Source: Leucoraja ocellata (taxonomy: Eukaryota). Taken from it: a stretch of DNA of 64,000 nucleotides. Of this stretch, positions 35,717 to 48,853 are shown one piece after another. The notes beneath the pieces were generated by a model. That model was not told the DNA's origin, did no database searches, and was given only the letters and a program-made list of their open reading frames with translations. Numbering within the stretch: the first letter of the stretch is position 1; every line of letters starts with the position of its first letter. The stretch spans positions 3,534,001 to 3,598,000 of the forward strand of contig JAWMAR010000234.1 in the NCBI GenBank assembly GCA_036785375.1. Reading direction: 5' to 3'. Made by a program: the position numbers and the translations under genes.

Positions 35717-38700
35717 CAAAATGGTTTGCTTACCTCGGGTAATCTTATAATGTCAGCGTTGTGTAAGATGCTGAAGGTTGTGCCCGTCTATAATGCCTGT
35801 GCCACACACCAGGGGTCTTCTTGTTTATGGTCCCTGGCATTCCATTCTTCTAAACCTTACTTCTAGTAACTACATTAGAAAACATGAGAAATGTTCCTAT
35901 TTCCGCCAAAAGTCTGATCCTGTAGTAATCGCACCTTGAGTTCTTCATTCCTCGTAATGGAATTCTGACGTGACAGTCTGCCAATGATTAGCTGTTTTAA
36001 CTTTCTAAACCAGTCTGACATTTATAAGTAATGCCACCCAAGGACAGTAGAACTGGTTAACATCTGGCCCATTCAAGCGGAAGTCCTTTCCTGCCATCAC
36101 CCAAGGGAAATAAGAATTTGTGTTGTCACAATATATATGACACTTGACTCGTGATTCCGTTGACTTGACTCTTGACTAATTCAGTGAAACAGATGTTCTT
36201 CCTCCATTCTATATTAATTTTAACCAACTTAGTTTGAACATTCACTCTCATGGCATTTCTTCATTATATTTATACCTTCCGAACTTCCCTTTGTCTTAGT
36301 TAATCCTATTTCTCTATTTACTGCTTCTTTCCAAAGTAAGACACCTGGCTTATCTCCATCACACCAAAATATGTTTATCCTAATAACTTCCAAGATTTAC
36401 ACAAATAACATAGTAAATACTTAATATCTTTGATCAGGACATGAGTGAGTTCATTTATAATATTATGTAAAGTCGATCATTTAGAATTATTGGCTAAGAT
36501 ATTCTTGAACAATTTCAAAAGGATGTTAATGTGGCGTTTTGTAAAGCTTGGATGTCTAGGTGTTGAGGAATTTATGGCCTTTAATAGTCACTCTCGTGTT
36601 AGAGTATTAGTTGCGAGATGAAAAGGATCTTGTACAAAGGACTCTCCACTTAGACTGGCCAAAACAAATTGGCAAAAGTAGTGTGGACAACCAGATCATT
36701 CATGACCATATCTTGGGCAAATGTATCATGGATTCAACCAAGTGCATAACATAGCCTGTGCTTGGCTGGTTCTATGATATAGTTGTCTAAGAAACATCTT
36801 ATAGGTTTGCATGTTAGGTTAAAAAAAATGAAATGCCGTGGATACTCAGCAGGCCAGGCAGCATTTATGGAGAAATAGACAGTTAATATTTCAGTTCAGC
36901 AGAATTGTAATAAGCATGTTGTAAATTCCAGAGAGTGCGAGGGGTAGAGAATATATAGGGAATATCTGTGATATATGTATTTAGTGCCCAGCTTAAGGAA
37001 ATGAACTCTTAAGATTTTTTCCCATCTTTGAAGCCCCCATAACCCTTCCAAGAGTATTAAAGGCTTCAAAGAGAAAATTGAATACACTCTAAAATATGCC
37101 AAACAAAGTGTCAAGAAACAACGATAATAAGATGCTTGCAACTCTGTTTAGAAGATAAATATCACTCCATATTTCCCTTCAGTAAGCTCTTATTTCATTA
37201 CTGCAACAAATTAAATGAGTCTGCTTTCGATATTTCCTTGGCAATGAAAGCCATATGCTTAAAAATTGATCTTTGGTTGGTAGTGCTAAATGTACTCTAT
37301 AGAATCATGAGCACATTACATTGCCTCTGAAGTCTTTTCCTTTGAAGTCAATGGAATGAATTTCAGAGGACGAATGCAATATGCTGAATTGACAATGTAG
37401 CATGTTTATTGCTATCAATCAATGAACTTTGTAGGCAATAGTGAGTTGCTTAAGTTATAACAAGCCCGATGCCTCATTGTACTGTTTAACTACTTCTTGT
37501 CTCATTAGAGTTGCATTTGGTGCTCTTTCTGAGCTGTCAGTTATTTAACTCGTGGTATTATCCAGATTTACCGGAAAACTTGTTACATCCACAAATTACA
37601 GCAGACTGATATTAAAATAGTCCTGGCAAGTCACAATAATATAGATGGGGCTTCCAATTTTGAAGAATGACGACTGCAAAAAAAGATGGGAGGGAAAGAA
37701 AAATCAGTTGTACAATTCAACTATGATCCCACGTGATCCCACTCCTAAATGCTTGTGATATCAATGAGAAAGGGATTGGTTCAGAGAAGCAGAAAGGGAT
37801 TGGCTGAAGTAATCTACTACAATGTATTCTGGGAAACTGGGAATGATTCTTTGCCTTACCAACTTGCATCGTTGACAAACTGCTTGGAGCAATGCAGTAC
37901 CATCTGGAGGGAATGTTAAACAGCTGTGGTATATGCTTCTAATAGTCTTCATTTGCATTCATTCATGCCCTTCAGACACATCCCATCCTCCTGCTGCATA
38001 GGAACTAATTTAAAAAATCTCTGCCTGCTGTTTTGAAAGGGTATTTCTTGCATCAGCCAATTCACTTTCCCCGAACATTGTTTCCCTGTGATAGACAAAA
38101 ATGCTGGAGAACCTCAGCGGGTGAAACTGCTGGAGGGGCTACGTTGCTCTGCTCCGCAAAACTGCTGTTGCGATTTTAATCCCTCTGTCATCTCAGAACA
38201 CAAGCAAAGGAAGGCAGGTATGACCTGCCATGTGTTGGTTTCAGAAAATGGGCGACAGTGAGCAGCATTATGACCTGCAGCCAGAAGTCTGGTACCATCA
38301 TATTTTGAATTGGAAAGAAAATCAGGCCTTTCAACTTTTTTGTGGAATACTTTAAAACAAGGCAACACAGACTTCTGCATGTGTGCATGCATGCACATAT
38401 GCCTACTGCGGACGCACACACACGCCTCCCCCCTCCCCATCTATACCTTCACACACAGCTGTCAATCTTCTCTATATAATATTGCATAAGTGAATAACTT
38501 TGAACAACAGATATTGGTCAGCAAAACCGTTGACAGAATTATTTTACCAATGTAATCAAATAATAACCAAAAGTTGTAGGAAACAGCTTTATGTTAAACA
38601 TCGTGCAATAGCAAAAACATTTGGACATACTAGTCTAGATAGAATATTACAAAAGATAAATAGACAACTTCAAATTACATGAACTTGTAAGAATTGCTTT

Positions 38701-39589
38701 TGGTCATGAAACTGTAAAATTAATGTGTCGAGTTCCTAACCACCATGCCAAGCAAACTATAAAAAATAATTTAGTACTAGGTTGCGATTAAGTAAATGGT
38801 TCTCCCAAAGACGGCATGGATTTCATTTTATATGGCAGAATGGACCCAATCACACATTGGTGGTGCCTTCTTTTTAAAAGGCAGCTGAATTAGTGAAGTA
38901 GCTTTTTGGTTCTAAAGCTCGTCACTCCTTCACAGGCGATGTAGGTTTCCTTCTCATACATACTACTGGCAACCAGAATCTTCCATCCTTGCTTTGGTGA
39001 GCAACATCTGCTATTCAGTGATCCAGCGCAATTAGTTAATTTGGTACAGATCTTTGCCACCGATTCGAAACAGGAGTTGCCGGTCCAGAGAGCTGCAACC
39101 TTCACCAAGATGTTAAGAATATAATTGTATTTTCTAGCCTATATCTCTCAGCTCTACACAAATGTTACATTTAACAGTTCTCTATTGTACTTTTTTGGCT
39201 GGAGAGGAAAGATTCCCAAATGTGTGCCGATTCCAACCTTAGTTCCGCATATTTGTTATTTCCCAAAATGTCAGGGATACGCTGAATGTCCTTGCTTTTT
39301 TTCTGAGCTATCCCATCTTGGAACCATTGGAAATTCAAAGTAGTATGATGAAACAGCTATGAAATAGAAGCTACATATATAGGATGGAAAGGTTGCACAG
39401 AGTCACCTAGTGGTCAGAAAAATACCCGAGAAGTCTTTTGAAAAATGTTTTAAAAGAAACGGATATTTTGGAATGAAGATTGGCGAGTGGTGATCAGAAA
39501 AGACCACAACCCTGAACAATTAAGTACCTCTGCTCTGTCTTAAAGCAGCTTACTACACATTGCAATCTCATTTTTGCAAAAGGGGATCA

Positions 39590-39755
39590 AGTAGGATGGA
39601 TGCACAGAATCTGTTATTCAGGCTCGGGGAATCAAAAACAAGAGGACGTACATTTAAAACGAGAGGGACAAGATTTAATACAAACCTGAGGGGCAACTTG
39701 TCACTCTTGCTCGTCAAGGAAGACTTGGTCTGAAGGGCCTGTTTCAGTTCCCTGT
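39590..39755 (+). mobile_element. CR1 LINE fragment
   Basis: GGATGGATGCACAGAATCT..GGGGAATCAAAAACAAGAGGAC..AAGATTTAATACAAACCTGAGGGGCAAC and tail TGAAGGGCCTGTTTC. Confidence 0.7.
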
Positions 39756-40206
39756 AGTTTAATCTTTTTTATCTCCTGCTCTTTGTGAGAACCTTTGTAA
39801 AGCACTGAAATGTCTTCGGTCTGAGGGTGACATAACAACCTTTGCTGTTGAGGTTATTGCCCCAAACTCAGAGATGTATATTTTCATGCCATATTTTAAT
39901 AGTTGTTCAATGATTTACGGTAGACTCAAATGACGTATGGTTTCAGTAATTTTCCAAAGTCAACATAGTATGGCTTCAGTTCTTACTCAGACGAATATCT
40001 TGAATACACCAATGATGGTAACAGGAAATGACATGTAATTGAACTTTAACAATGGTACGCCAGTTCAATAAAAACTCAAGGCTTTTTGACAACCTAAGAA
40101 TGCATGCATGCAGATAAGGTAAAAGGCAGTGGGTATTACAAAATTAATTGTCAAGAGTGAAGTAAATGGAAACACCAGCTAAAAATGTAAATTCTGTCAA
40201 TGTAAG

Positions 40207-40306
40207 ATCTGAAGAAGGGTCTCGACCTGAAACATCACCCATTCCTTTCTCTCCTGAGATGCTGCCTGTCTCGCTGAAGTTACTCCAGTATTTTGTGTCT
40301 ATCTTC
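40207..40306 (+). mobile_element. Short Penelope-derived element with near-intact hammerhead core
   Basis: CTGAAGAAGGGTCTCGACCTGAAACATC at 40209-40236 followed by the family body. Confidence 0.75.
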
Positions 40307-41448
40307 AAAGTAAATTTGTACGCAGGTGATTGAGTATTACAACACATGACTCCCATTATTTGCTGCTGCAGTGATGATGACACGGCATTATGCAGTTATG
40401 AGAATAACAGTTCCACTTATCTGTCCAAGGCCCCATCCTAATTTGGTTAGTTCTGTAACATGCTCGGAAACATAGGTGCAGGAGTAGGCCATTCAGCCCT
40501 GCAGGTAGAGAGAAGGGAGCAAATGACAAATGAGTATGGTCAGTGGCTTTAAGAAAACTTTGCATACGTGCATGCAGCAGAAAGTCTAGATCAGCATCTG
40601 CTCCTGGCTGAATCCAGAGAAGGCAGTCACCCATAATCAACAGAGTTAAGTGTACCGGAGCCCGCCGGTCAGGCTCTGCAAGTTACTCGTTACTGCGGTA
40701 AGCTTTCTTTCATATAATGCTGTAAAAAATGTGATTTGTCTGCTTCAAAGGAAGTTTTAAATGCTTGTAGTTGTGGCTTTGTAGGAACAGGATGGACAAA
40801 TAAGCCTTTTTTCCCCTTATTATTATTATTTTTCAGGTCTGAATTGGTTTTTTTTTTAAATTTGAGTGGGGTATAAAAATTTGCCCAGAAGATCAGGGAT
40901 GAAAACAAGCACTTCTGGAAAGAGATGTGGAGCGAGGTGAATCGGGTTTGATTGTAGTCAGTTCAGGGAGATAAAACAGGATGAGTAGTTACTTTGGTGA
41001 GGTCCCAGTAGGGTACACACACCCGTTTCCCCCCATCCCCCGAAAACTCCAATAATAAATTGCAATTAATCCAAAATTAATTCCAGCCAATTTTGAAAAA
41101 GCTGCAATTGATGTTTTTACTAATGTGTGTTAAACAACAAAAATAAGAACTTCATTAGAAGGCAGCAAATAAGTTATATGGCCTTGGGTGCAGTGACACA
41201 ATAGTGGCATATGAGTTTGTGATTATGATGATTTTGCAAGGAAAACATTACAATGAGTATTGACTAACAATGAACAATTAACAGCTGGATTATAGCAATC
41301 CTATTTACTGGTTTCCAGAGTGTTCTAGGCTAGGAGATCATTTACTTATCAGGCCTGTTATTGTAGAGAGGAGTAGCACAAATTGAGCAAAGAGGGGGAA
41401 CAAAAGGCAAACAGCCACCATTGAAACTCCAAAATAAGTTTATTTAAA

Positions 41449-41735
41449 GCTTAAAAAGACATAACGTGTTAGTGTAACTCCGCGGGTCAGACAACATCTC
41501 CGGAGAACATGGATAGATAACGTTTCAGATCGGCACCCTTTTGCAGACTGATGTGGGGGAGAAAGCTGGAAGAGACATGGGGTCAGGACAAAGCCCACAA
41601 CAATCAGTCTGAAGAAAGGTCCCAACCCAAAAGATCAACAATCCATGTTCTACAAAGATGCTGGCTGATCCGCTGTGTTACTCCAGCCCTTTGTGTCTTT
41701 TTTTGTAAACCAGCATCTACAGTTCCTTGTGTCTC
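41449..41735. mobile_element. Fold-back Penelope-derived element
   Basis: Inverted arms ~41455-41550 and ~41603-41700; TTTATTTAAA direct repeat at 41439-41448 and 41736-41745. Confidence 0.75.
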
Positions 41736-43029
41736 TTTATTTAAAAAGTATTAATTAGTGTATGCCTATAATAATTCTGATATAAACAACAATGGCATTT
41801 TTAATTTATTCCTATCAATCCATATTTCCGTGTTCTGCCAAAAGATAATCCTGAAATTTAAGTGCACAGAAGCACGTTTGTTTTATTCTTGTATTTCCAG
41901 CAAAGGGAAATAATTAAGCATAATTAGGTGAAAGTCTAGCATCATTTAATATACTTTTTAAGGTGGTTTAAAAATGAAACTGCTTAGCATAGGCAGCTTC
42001 TCATTGTAAGTGTGCTAGTTGTTAGAGCTATCGCAGATTTGTTACATCTGTGCATTGTTGTAGCTGTGACAAACACGTATGGGAGATAGAGTTGTTATCA
42101 GAACATTTTTATTGCACCACAAATGAACCCTGCATATTTTACAATAAAGAGGCACTGGTGGTTTGCATTGCAGGCTGCCAGGGTTGCAGAATGTACTGTA
42201 CACCTGGTAATTACTCAGTAAACTTACAGCAGCATACCAATAACCAGGAAGCTCAATTTTTCTAATTTTTAAATTGATAACTTGCCTTCATTTTGAGATC
42301 AAGAACTGTGATCTGCAGAATTAGTGGTGAATTGAAGCATTTGAATACTTCTTTAAATCTAACGCAGGCCTTCCACTTGCAACAGATTTGATTATAACTT
42401 CTGCCATCTGTGTGAACCTGAATTGCCACTCAAAAAATATCTTCATTGGAATGTCTGTGATTGTGCACAATAGTGTATGCACAACGAATCAGGGAGAATG
42501 AACCTTTTTCAAGAATTACTGACATTGTTTTATCTTTACCTATTAAATCCAACAGCAGTCTTAAAAAAATAAAAGACCATCAGAATCAAAGCTTTAACCA
42601 TCTGGTGCCTGTCTGACAGGGAGTGGTAATCGCTCATTTAACACGGCTTCTAGTTTGTTTATGCTTGACACACCATCTAATCCCTGTACTTTGTCATGAT
42701 CCCTTCAGTATTTGCATAACCTTCCCTATCTGAAAGCTTTCCTTGTAGTGATAAGGGGCGTTTATTTCCCTTGTCCACTCAAGGATCAAAATGTAACTTT
42801 GGCGTTATCTCTTCCCACTCCATTGTCATATCTTACCATTGTGTGCAATGATCACCTTTCTGATAATTAACTGAATAAGAGGACAAAGAAGAAGAATTAA
42901 ATTATTATAAACAAATTATTGTCTTATTGTAAACTCACCAGGGAGCATAAAAAGAGTGAAACCTTTACAGTTGCATTCAGTTCTCTATCATATTTGCCAA
43001 TGGCAAAATTGGAAAATTATATTTACTAC

Positions 43030-43200
43030 TTGATTTGAATTGAATTGAATGTTTTTTAATTTAAACGGGGACAGTGCATATTGATGCACATTTTACATGT
43101 AAATATGCAAGATTATAGCAAATAGCTAATTTCCATCTTTAGTCTTTTTTTACTTGGCTCATGTCTTTAAAAGGTTTCTTTTTTGTCTGTTGTTATTATA
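43030..43200 (-). mobile_element. LINE 3' tail (L2/Rex-like)
   Basis: (TTGAA)n tail; minus strand AGATGGAAATTAGC..ATATGCACTGTCCCCG..AAATTAAA. Confidence 0.45.
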
Positions 43201-43282
43201 TTGTCTATGCTATCCATCAAATTAAAAAAAAAATGTTTTTCTTGTCTTGTACCAGGACTTTGTTTTTATTCTCCATTTTAAA

Positions 43283-43642
43283 TCTTCTTCTTCTTGCGAA
43301 TGAAACATAAACCAAAGGAATAGTTAGATCTCAGCCAGGTTGTTGACTCTGCGTCAATGTCTGCCAGGCCCTGACAGAGCTCCATTTAGTGGGTGGTAGA
43401 GCGGGCACCCAGAGATGACATGGTTGGCTGTCTGTTGTTCTGCTCCGCATTCACTGGCTGGGCTCTGGCGGAGGGAACCCCCATCTCCACATGCTGTCAT
43501 TAAAACGCCCATCTCCAGTACCAAGTCTGTTGAGCTTCACCCATGCTCCTCTGGGGAGGTCAGACCCTGGCTAGCTTTTATCTGGTGAAGAGATGTAGCT
43601 GTGTAATGGAGATGAAGTTGCCTTCCACTCCTGTGACCATTA
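43283..43642 (-). mobile_element. Vingi/Ingi-type non-LTR retrotransposon 3' fragment
   Basis: Minus-strand translation GSDLPRGAWVKLNRLGTGDGRFNDSMWRWG..ECGAEQQTANHVISGCPLY (decayed zinc knuckle); ends in CGCAA(GAA)n. Confidence 0.75.
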
Positions 43643-43709
43643 TTAATCTTGCCAGTCCTCAAGTTGGTGGTAGACACAAGAAACTGCAGATGCTGGACCT
43701 CACTTTCTG

Positions 43710-44580
43710 AGAATAGAAAAGAATACAGGACGGGAACAGGCCCTTCAGCTCACAATGTTTATGTCGAACAAGATCCCATGTTAATCTAACCTCATAAAGC
43801 CATAAGTGATAGGAGCAGAATTAGGCCATTCGGCCCCTCAAGTCTACGCCATTCAATCATGGCTGATCTATCTCTCCCTCCAAACCCCATTCTCCTGTCT
43901 TCTCATAACCCTTGACACTCGTACTAATCCAGAATCTATCTATCACTGCCTTAAAAATATCAGTTGATGGCCTCCACAGCCTTCTGGGGCAAAGAATCCA
44001 CAGATTCACCACTCTCTGACTAAAGAAATTCCTCCCCATCTTATTCCTAAAGGAATGTCCTTTAATTCTGAGGCCATGACCTCTGGTCTCAGACTCCCAC
44101 TAGTGGACACATCCTCTCCAAATCCACTCTCTCCAAGCCTTTCACGATTCGGTAAGTTTCAATGAGGTGTCCCCCCCCCCCCCCCCCCCCCCCCCTAGTG
44201 CTGTCAAACGCTCATCATATGTTAACCCACTCATTCCTGGGATTATTCTTGTAAACCTATTCCGGACCCTTGCCAGAGCCAGCACATCCTTCCTCAGATA
44301 TAGTGTCCTCTGCCTGCATGTGATCCATATCCCTCCATTTCCTGCATATCCATGTGCCAATCAAAAAACCTCATAAACAGCACTATTGTATCTGCCACCT
44401 CCACCACTGCTCCGAGCATCGCACATGCCACTCTCCGTGCAAAACAAATTTGCCCCGTTCATCTTCTTTAAACTTTGCCCCTCACGTCTTAAAGCGGTGC
44501 CCTCGAGTCTTTGACATTTTCACCTTGGGGATAAAGGTTCTGACTGTCTACCACATCTATGGATCTCATAATTGATATAG
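43710..44580 (-). mobile_element. Nested CR1 LINEs: younger copy (43793-44300) inside an older copy
   Basis: Inner copy: RKDVLALARVRNRFTRIIPGMSGLTYDERL, RNFFSQRVVNLW, and CR1 tail; the outer tail at 43710-43792 resumes at ~44305. Confidence 0.85.
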
Positions 44581-44989
44581 TACTTGCACTCCTATCTTAT
44601 CCTGCTCAGTGCTCTTCTAACGTTTTGAGCTATTCTAAATTATTGTTTCTCTTCTCGTAAATTACTCCAATGATTCACCTTCAAGTTATTTATTATAATC
44701 TAATTGTTCAAAATATATTTGCATTTTTCAGCCTGTACAGATGGTGATCACATCAACACTTGCCCTGAAGGTTTCTTTGAATAGGTTAACTGCCATTGAG
44801 TCTCCACTAGGATTTGGAATGGGCACCACAGGTTCTGCCTGAAATAGGCAAGAGCCTTGTAAAAAGGTAGTAATTGTAGAAAATATTGTATTAATTTACA
44901 AATTGTAGGCATTCCTGCTAAGGCCAGCCTCTAATACCCAGGAGAAGGCAATAGTGAGCCCCTCAGTCAGTATTTTTTTCTTCATTCAA

Positions 44990-45090
44990 GCAATATGTGC
45001 TTCACAGCCTGAGCCAGCATTTAATTGCCCATCCCTGATTGTCCTTGAGAAGGTATGGTGAGTTGCCTTCTTAAAATGCTGAAGTTGTTG
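44990..45090 (-). mobile_element. Old LINE 3' fragment (CR1/L2 group)
   Basis: GCCAGCATTTAATTGCCCATCCCTGATTGTCCTTGAGAAGGT.TGGTGAGTTGCCTTCTT, a common chondrichthyan repeat by recall; a partial second copy lies near 44908. Confidence 0.5.
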
Positions 45091-45164
45091 AGGTAAGGGA
45101 GAGGGTGTAGTTCAACCCAAAGTGTAGCCTTGCCCCTTTTGCCTTCATAGATGCTGCTAGAAGT

Positions 45165-45290
45165 CAAACCGGGATAGGACCTACTCAGTAAATGGCAGGT
45201 CTCTGGGGAGTGTTGTCGAAAATAGGCATCTTGGGGTGCAGGTACATAGTTCCATTAAAGTGGCATCACAGGGAGAAAGCATGGTCAAAA
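45165..45290 (+). mobile_element. CR1 ORF2 fragment
   Basis: Translates RTYSVNGRSLGSVVENRHLGVQVHSSIKVASQ. Confidence 0.7.
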
Positions 45291-47589
45291 TATTTTGTGC
45301 TGTATAACTCCACAACTCTACCCTCCCTGCCTTCATAGTTTTCTCTTATTTTGAACTCTGTCTCTAGCTCATGCTATTCCCAGCCTTCCTCTCTTTCATA
45401 TTGTCTAATGCCATCCACCAACTCCCTCATGTGGACTGCTTCAACTTTAGCCCCAGCAGTCTGTGGAACAATTTATTTCCTAGTTTGACATGGTGTATTT
45501 GATGTAATTCCATGAACTTCCTTTGGGAAACGGTGTTGGGTCACATGTTCCTCGAGAGCATGTTTTCATTGTTCGTATGGAATTGTGGGATTCACCTTGT
45601 AAAGGATATTTACTTATCGCAGTACACAAAGGGCAAAGAAAATGAATATTTCCCCTTCATGTTTTATCTGCATGGGGGTGAAAAATGACCTGCAATGCAT
45701 TTTCACTTAACTTGGCTTTGAGAAATCCAGCAAGATTAACTTTGCAGACCCGAAGCTTGGAGCTGCCAAGTTGCACAATTAATCTCCAAAAGATTTACTG
45801 TTAGAAATTCTGAGGTGGCCACCACCATGTTGTTCTTTACAAAGTCATCATTAAAGTATGGTAACTTATTTGCTGACCCATTTCTGCCTTTACTGACATC
45901 AGGCCTCTGGCCATTATTGTATATCTTCATTGACCAAATACATCATTAGAATCTTTTATGATCTGCTACATCAATCCTAATCACAATAGGGGAGACTCTG
46001 CTGTGGAGTGTGGAGGGCATGTGCCTCCTCAATGTATTAACTTGGATCCTGCTGCATGTGGTGGAGAGCAGGCATCTTGTCTTCCATGTCACGGATTCCC
46101 AAGGATCGAGCCTTCCTGCACCTGGATGCAACATTTTAGATTCCATGACCCAGCAGGAAATTCAGGGTTAGTTCTGTGGTGCCTACATTTTACCTACCTA
46201 TTAAGCACGTGCAGGTTTCCACTCCCTTTGTTCAGATCAAAAAACACACACTTTACCATTGCCTCAAAACAAAGGAGAGCAGAGACCTCCCGAAGCCTTC
46301 AATCAGATATAGGAGGAAATGCCGTTGAGGAACAGCTATAGAAAGAGTCTGAAATGGAGAAGACAGGTAAAAGAGGCCCTGAATAGATGTAGTCAGAACT
46401 ATTTTGAATGCCCAAATAATCTCTTAGGAGCAACAATCCACATGCTCCCCAGTCAGACAAGTGGTTATGTGAAAGAGATAAACCCACCTTGCCTAGATTC
46501 TAAGCGAAGATGTTATAGTGTGAGTCGTTCTTTATCAACTGTGCATCCTTCACCTTCTGAAAGTCTTAAACCCTCACCTGAGATGAAACCAGCAATAACG
46601 TTGCACCAAACTGAACATGTCAGTCAGCCTCAGTTCTACTGAGAAACAGAGAATGGCTTGGGTATATATGCAGTAGTAACAAAGCCATGGGAAATCTTGA
46701 AAAATATCCTCTAACTGAAATGACCATCTTATCTGTTGTTCAGAGTTAATTGAATGCACTACAGAGATAGCATCATAATCAGCAGTTGTGTGGAGAGTAT
46801 TTCTCAGGGTGGCTCGTGGGATTATGCAAAACTATCAAGTGGTTTTGTTAAGGATCCCTGCAAAAAAAAGTCATGTGATTTAAGTTTCCACATCTGAGGC
46901 ATAATTACTATCCTTAAAATAATCGGCAGAGTACTATTCAGGCCTGGATGGCACTAAACTATCGATTCCTTCAATTAATAGTCCTTATTGTCCCAACGGC
47001 AAGTTGCCAAGCAATTACACAAGCTTATCAGGTGCAGAGTTGAGCAGAGAATGATAAGAGTATTGTACGGCAGTGCAGGTGGCCAAAGCCTTGACCTTTA
47101 GCCGTGCAGAGAATGGAGACTACAAGTCTTTTTTTGCCATTACTTTTCCAAATGTTCCAAATGTAAAACTTCCTTCCCAGTTAAATGTCACGTAAATTTT
47201 CCATGCGAGTAATAAAGTAATTCAATGTAATGTGAGAACTATTATGTCATTTTCATGGTCAATTGCAAGTTACACACCAGGATTGATGGAGTTCCAAGAT
47301 TCAAAGGGGAACCTAATGTGCCACATGAGTGCAGTTCATCACTTCCTAAATCTATGGATAACCTACAATCCACGCTTCCTCAGCCAGATTGTTTTTTAAA
47401 ATCTTGAGCAGAGATGATCTACTTTCCTTGAGTTGTGGAAACTAATGTTGAGGTATACAGAGGGCATTGTCTTAGAGTTTGCATAATTAGCTCTCGACAA
47501 AGGCTGCTATTCTAGATTCACAGATGTAAATGGCACATCATGTTTTTTTCTAACTGTTCAGCATCATTCTGTTAGACTCATTAGTTTCC

Positions 47590-47980
47590 TGCCAAATTAT
47601 TTTCTTTGAAGTACCTATCTTGCTCTGTTTGAAAGCCCAGATTGATCTTTTTCCACCACCCTTCCAGACAGTGGGTTCCAGATTACTACCATATTTGCAT
47701 ATCCCTCACAATTTGAATTTGGTTCATTATTTTAAATTTATGTTTCCTGATTCGTGAACCTTTCTCTAATAACTCCACTCATGATCTTGTATTTCTTTGT
47801 CAAATCTCATCATAGCCCTCTCTGTTCCAATGAGTGCAACATGAGTTTTTCCACACTTAATGCTGAAATCCATCTGTTGGGACATACTGGTAAATCTATT
47901 TGGCATCTTCTCTAGGATCTTCTCATCCTTCCAAGAGACTGGTGACCAGAAATGAACATTTCTCATTTGTGGTCCAACAC
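47590..47980 (-). mobile_element. Decayed CR1 fragment
   Basis: ORF 47766-47966 VHFWSPVSWKDEKILEKMPNRFTSM resembles CR1 VQFWSP..KD...LE.VQRRFTRM. Confidence 0.6.
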
Positions 47981-48149
47981 AATCTCTCTTGTTTTCTAGT
48001 CTGTACCAATGAAGCCCAGGATCCGATACACTTTCTGAACTATTCTGTCAGTGTGCCCTGCGAACACTCAGTAAAATAATGCAAACCTCTTATCTCTGTT
48101 AATGTTTTAATATCCGGCCATACCATTCATGATCCTGCTTTCAGGCATT

Positions 48150-48372
48150 CAGTGGTGAATCTTTGGAATTCTTTACCACAGAAGGCTGGGGAGGATATTT
48201 TTAGGGCAGAAATACACTAGATAGATTCTTGATTAGTATGGGTGTCAGAGGTTATGGGGAGAAGGCAGGAGAATGGGGTTAAGAGGGAGAGATAGATCAG
48301 CCATGATTGAATGACAGAGTAGACTTGATGGGCCAAATGGCCTAATTCTACCCCTATTCCTTATGACCTTAT
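48150..48372 (+). mobile_element. CR1 LINE 3' end
   Basis: GTGGTGAATCTTTGGAATTCTTTACCACAGAAGGCT..GATAGATCAGCCATGATTGAATG..GGGCCAAATGGCCTAATTCT; same subfamily as 43793. Confidence 0.85.
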
Positions 48373-48599
48373 AACATTCCAAACCAGAACGTCAAATCCT
48401 GTGTTTGTATGCTTCCTATCAAACCTTAAGGTTACATTATTTCACTCAATGTCTATTTAATGGTTTTCTATCCATAAACCACATTGGGGTGATTTGCAAT
48501 GCATCACATAATGTATGACTTTTCATTTTGTAATTTAGCACAATTGTCATTTTAACCTTATTGTTCTAAACAAAGTTTAAGTGGGAGCAGAGACCCTCT

Positions 48600-48853
48600 C
48601 ACTCCTCCCCCTCAGTGATTCCTGTTACTCCCCTGCTCTTCAACCATGTTCTTTTCATCTCTGTTCATTGTCTAACCATCTGCCTCTCAACCCCCCTCCC
48701 CCTCACCTGCATCCCCCCATGCTTTGTCCTGCCCCCACCTTCCAGCTTTCCTTCCTTCTCAACCCGTCTGAAGAAAGGCCCCAAACCAAGGCCTGATCCA
48801 CTAGGTTACTCCAGCACTTTGTGTCTTGTTTTGTAAACCAGCATCTGCAGTTC
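48600..48853 (+). mobile_element. Penelope-derived 3' region
   Basis: C-rich leader, GTCTGAAGAAAGGCCCC, TTACTCCAGCACTTTGTGTC..AAACCAGCATCTGCAGTTC. Confidence 0.65.

Noticed and set aside
45736-46759. Cluster of 60-127 aa ORFs
   Set aside because: No recognisable domain, overlapping ORFs on both strands and no clear splice signals; probably old decayed repeat sequence.
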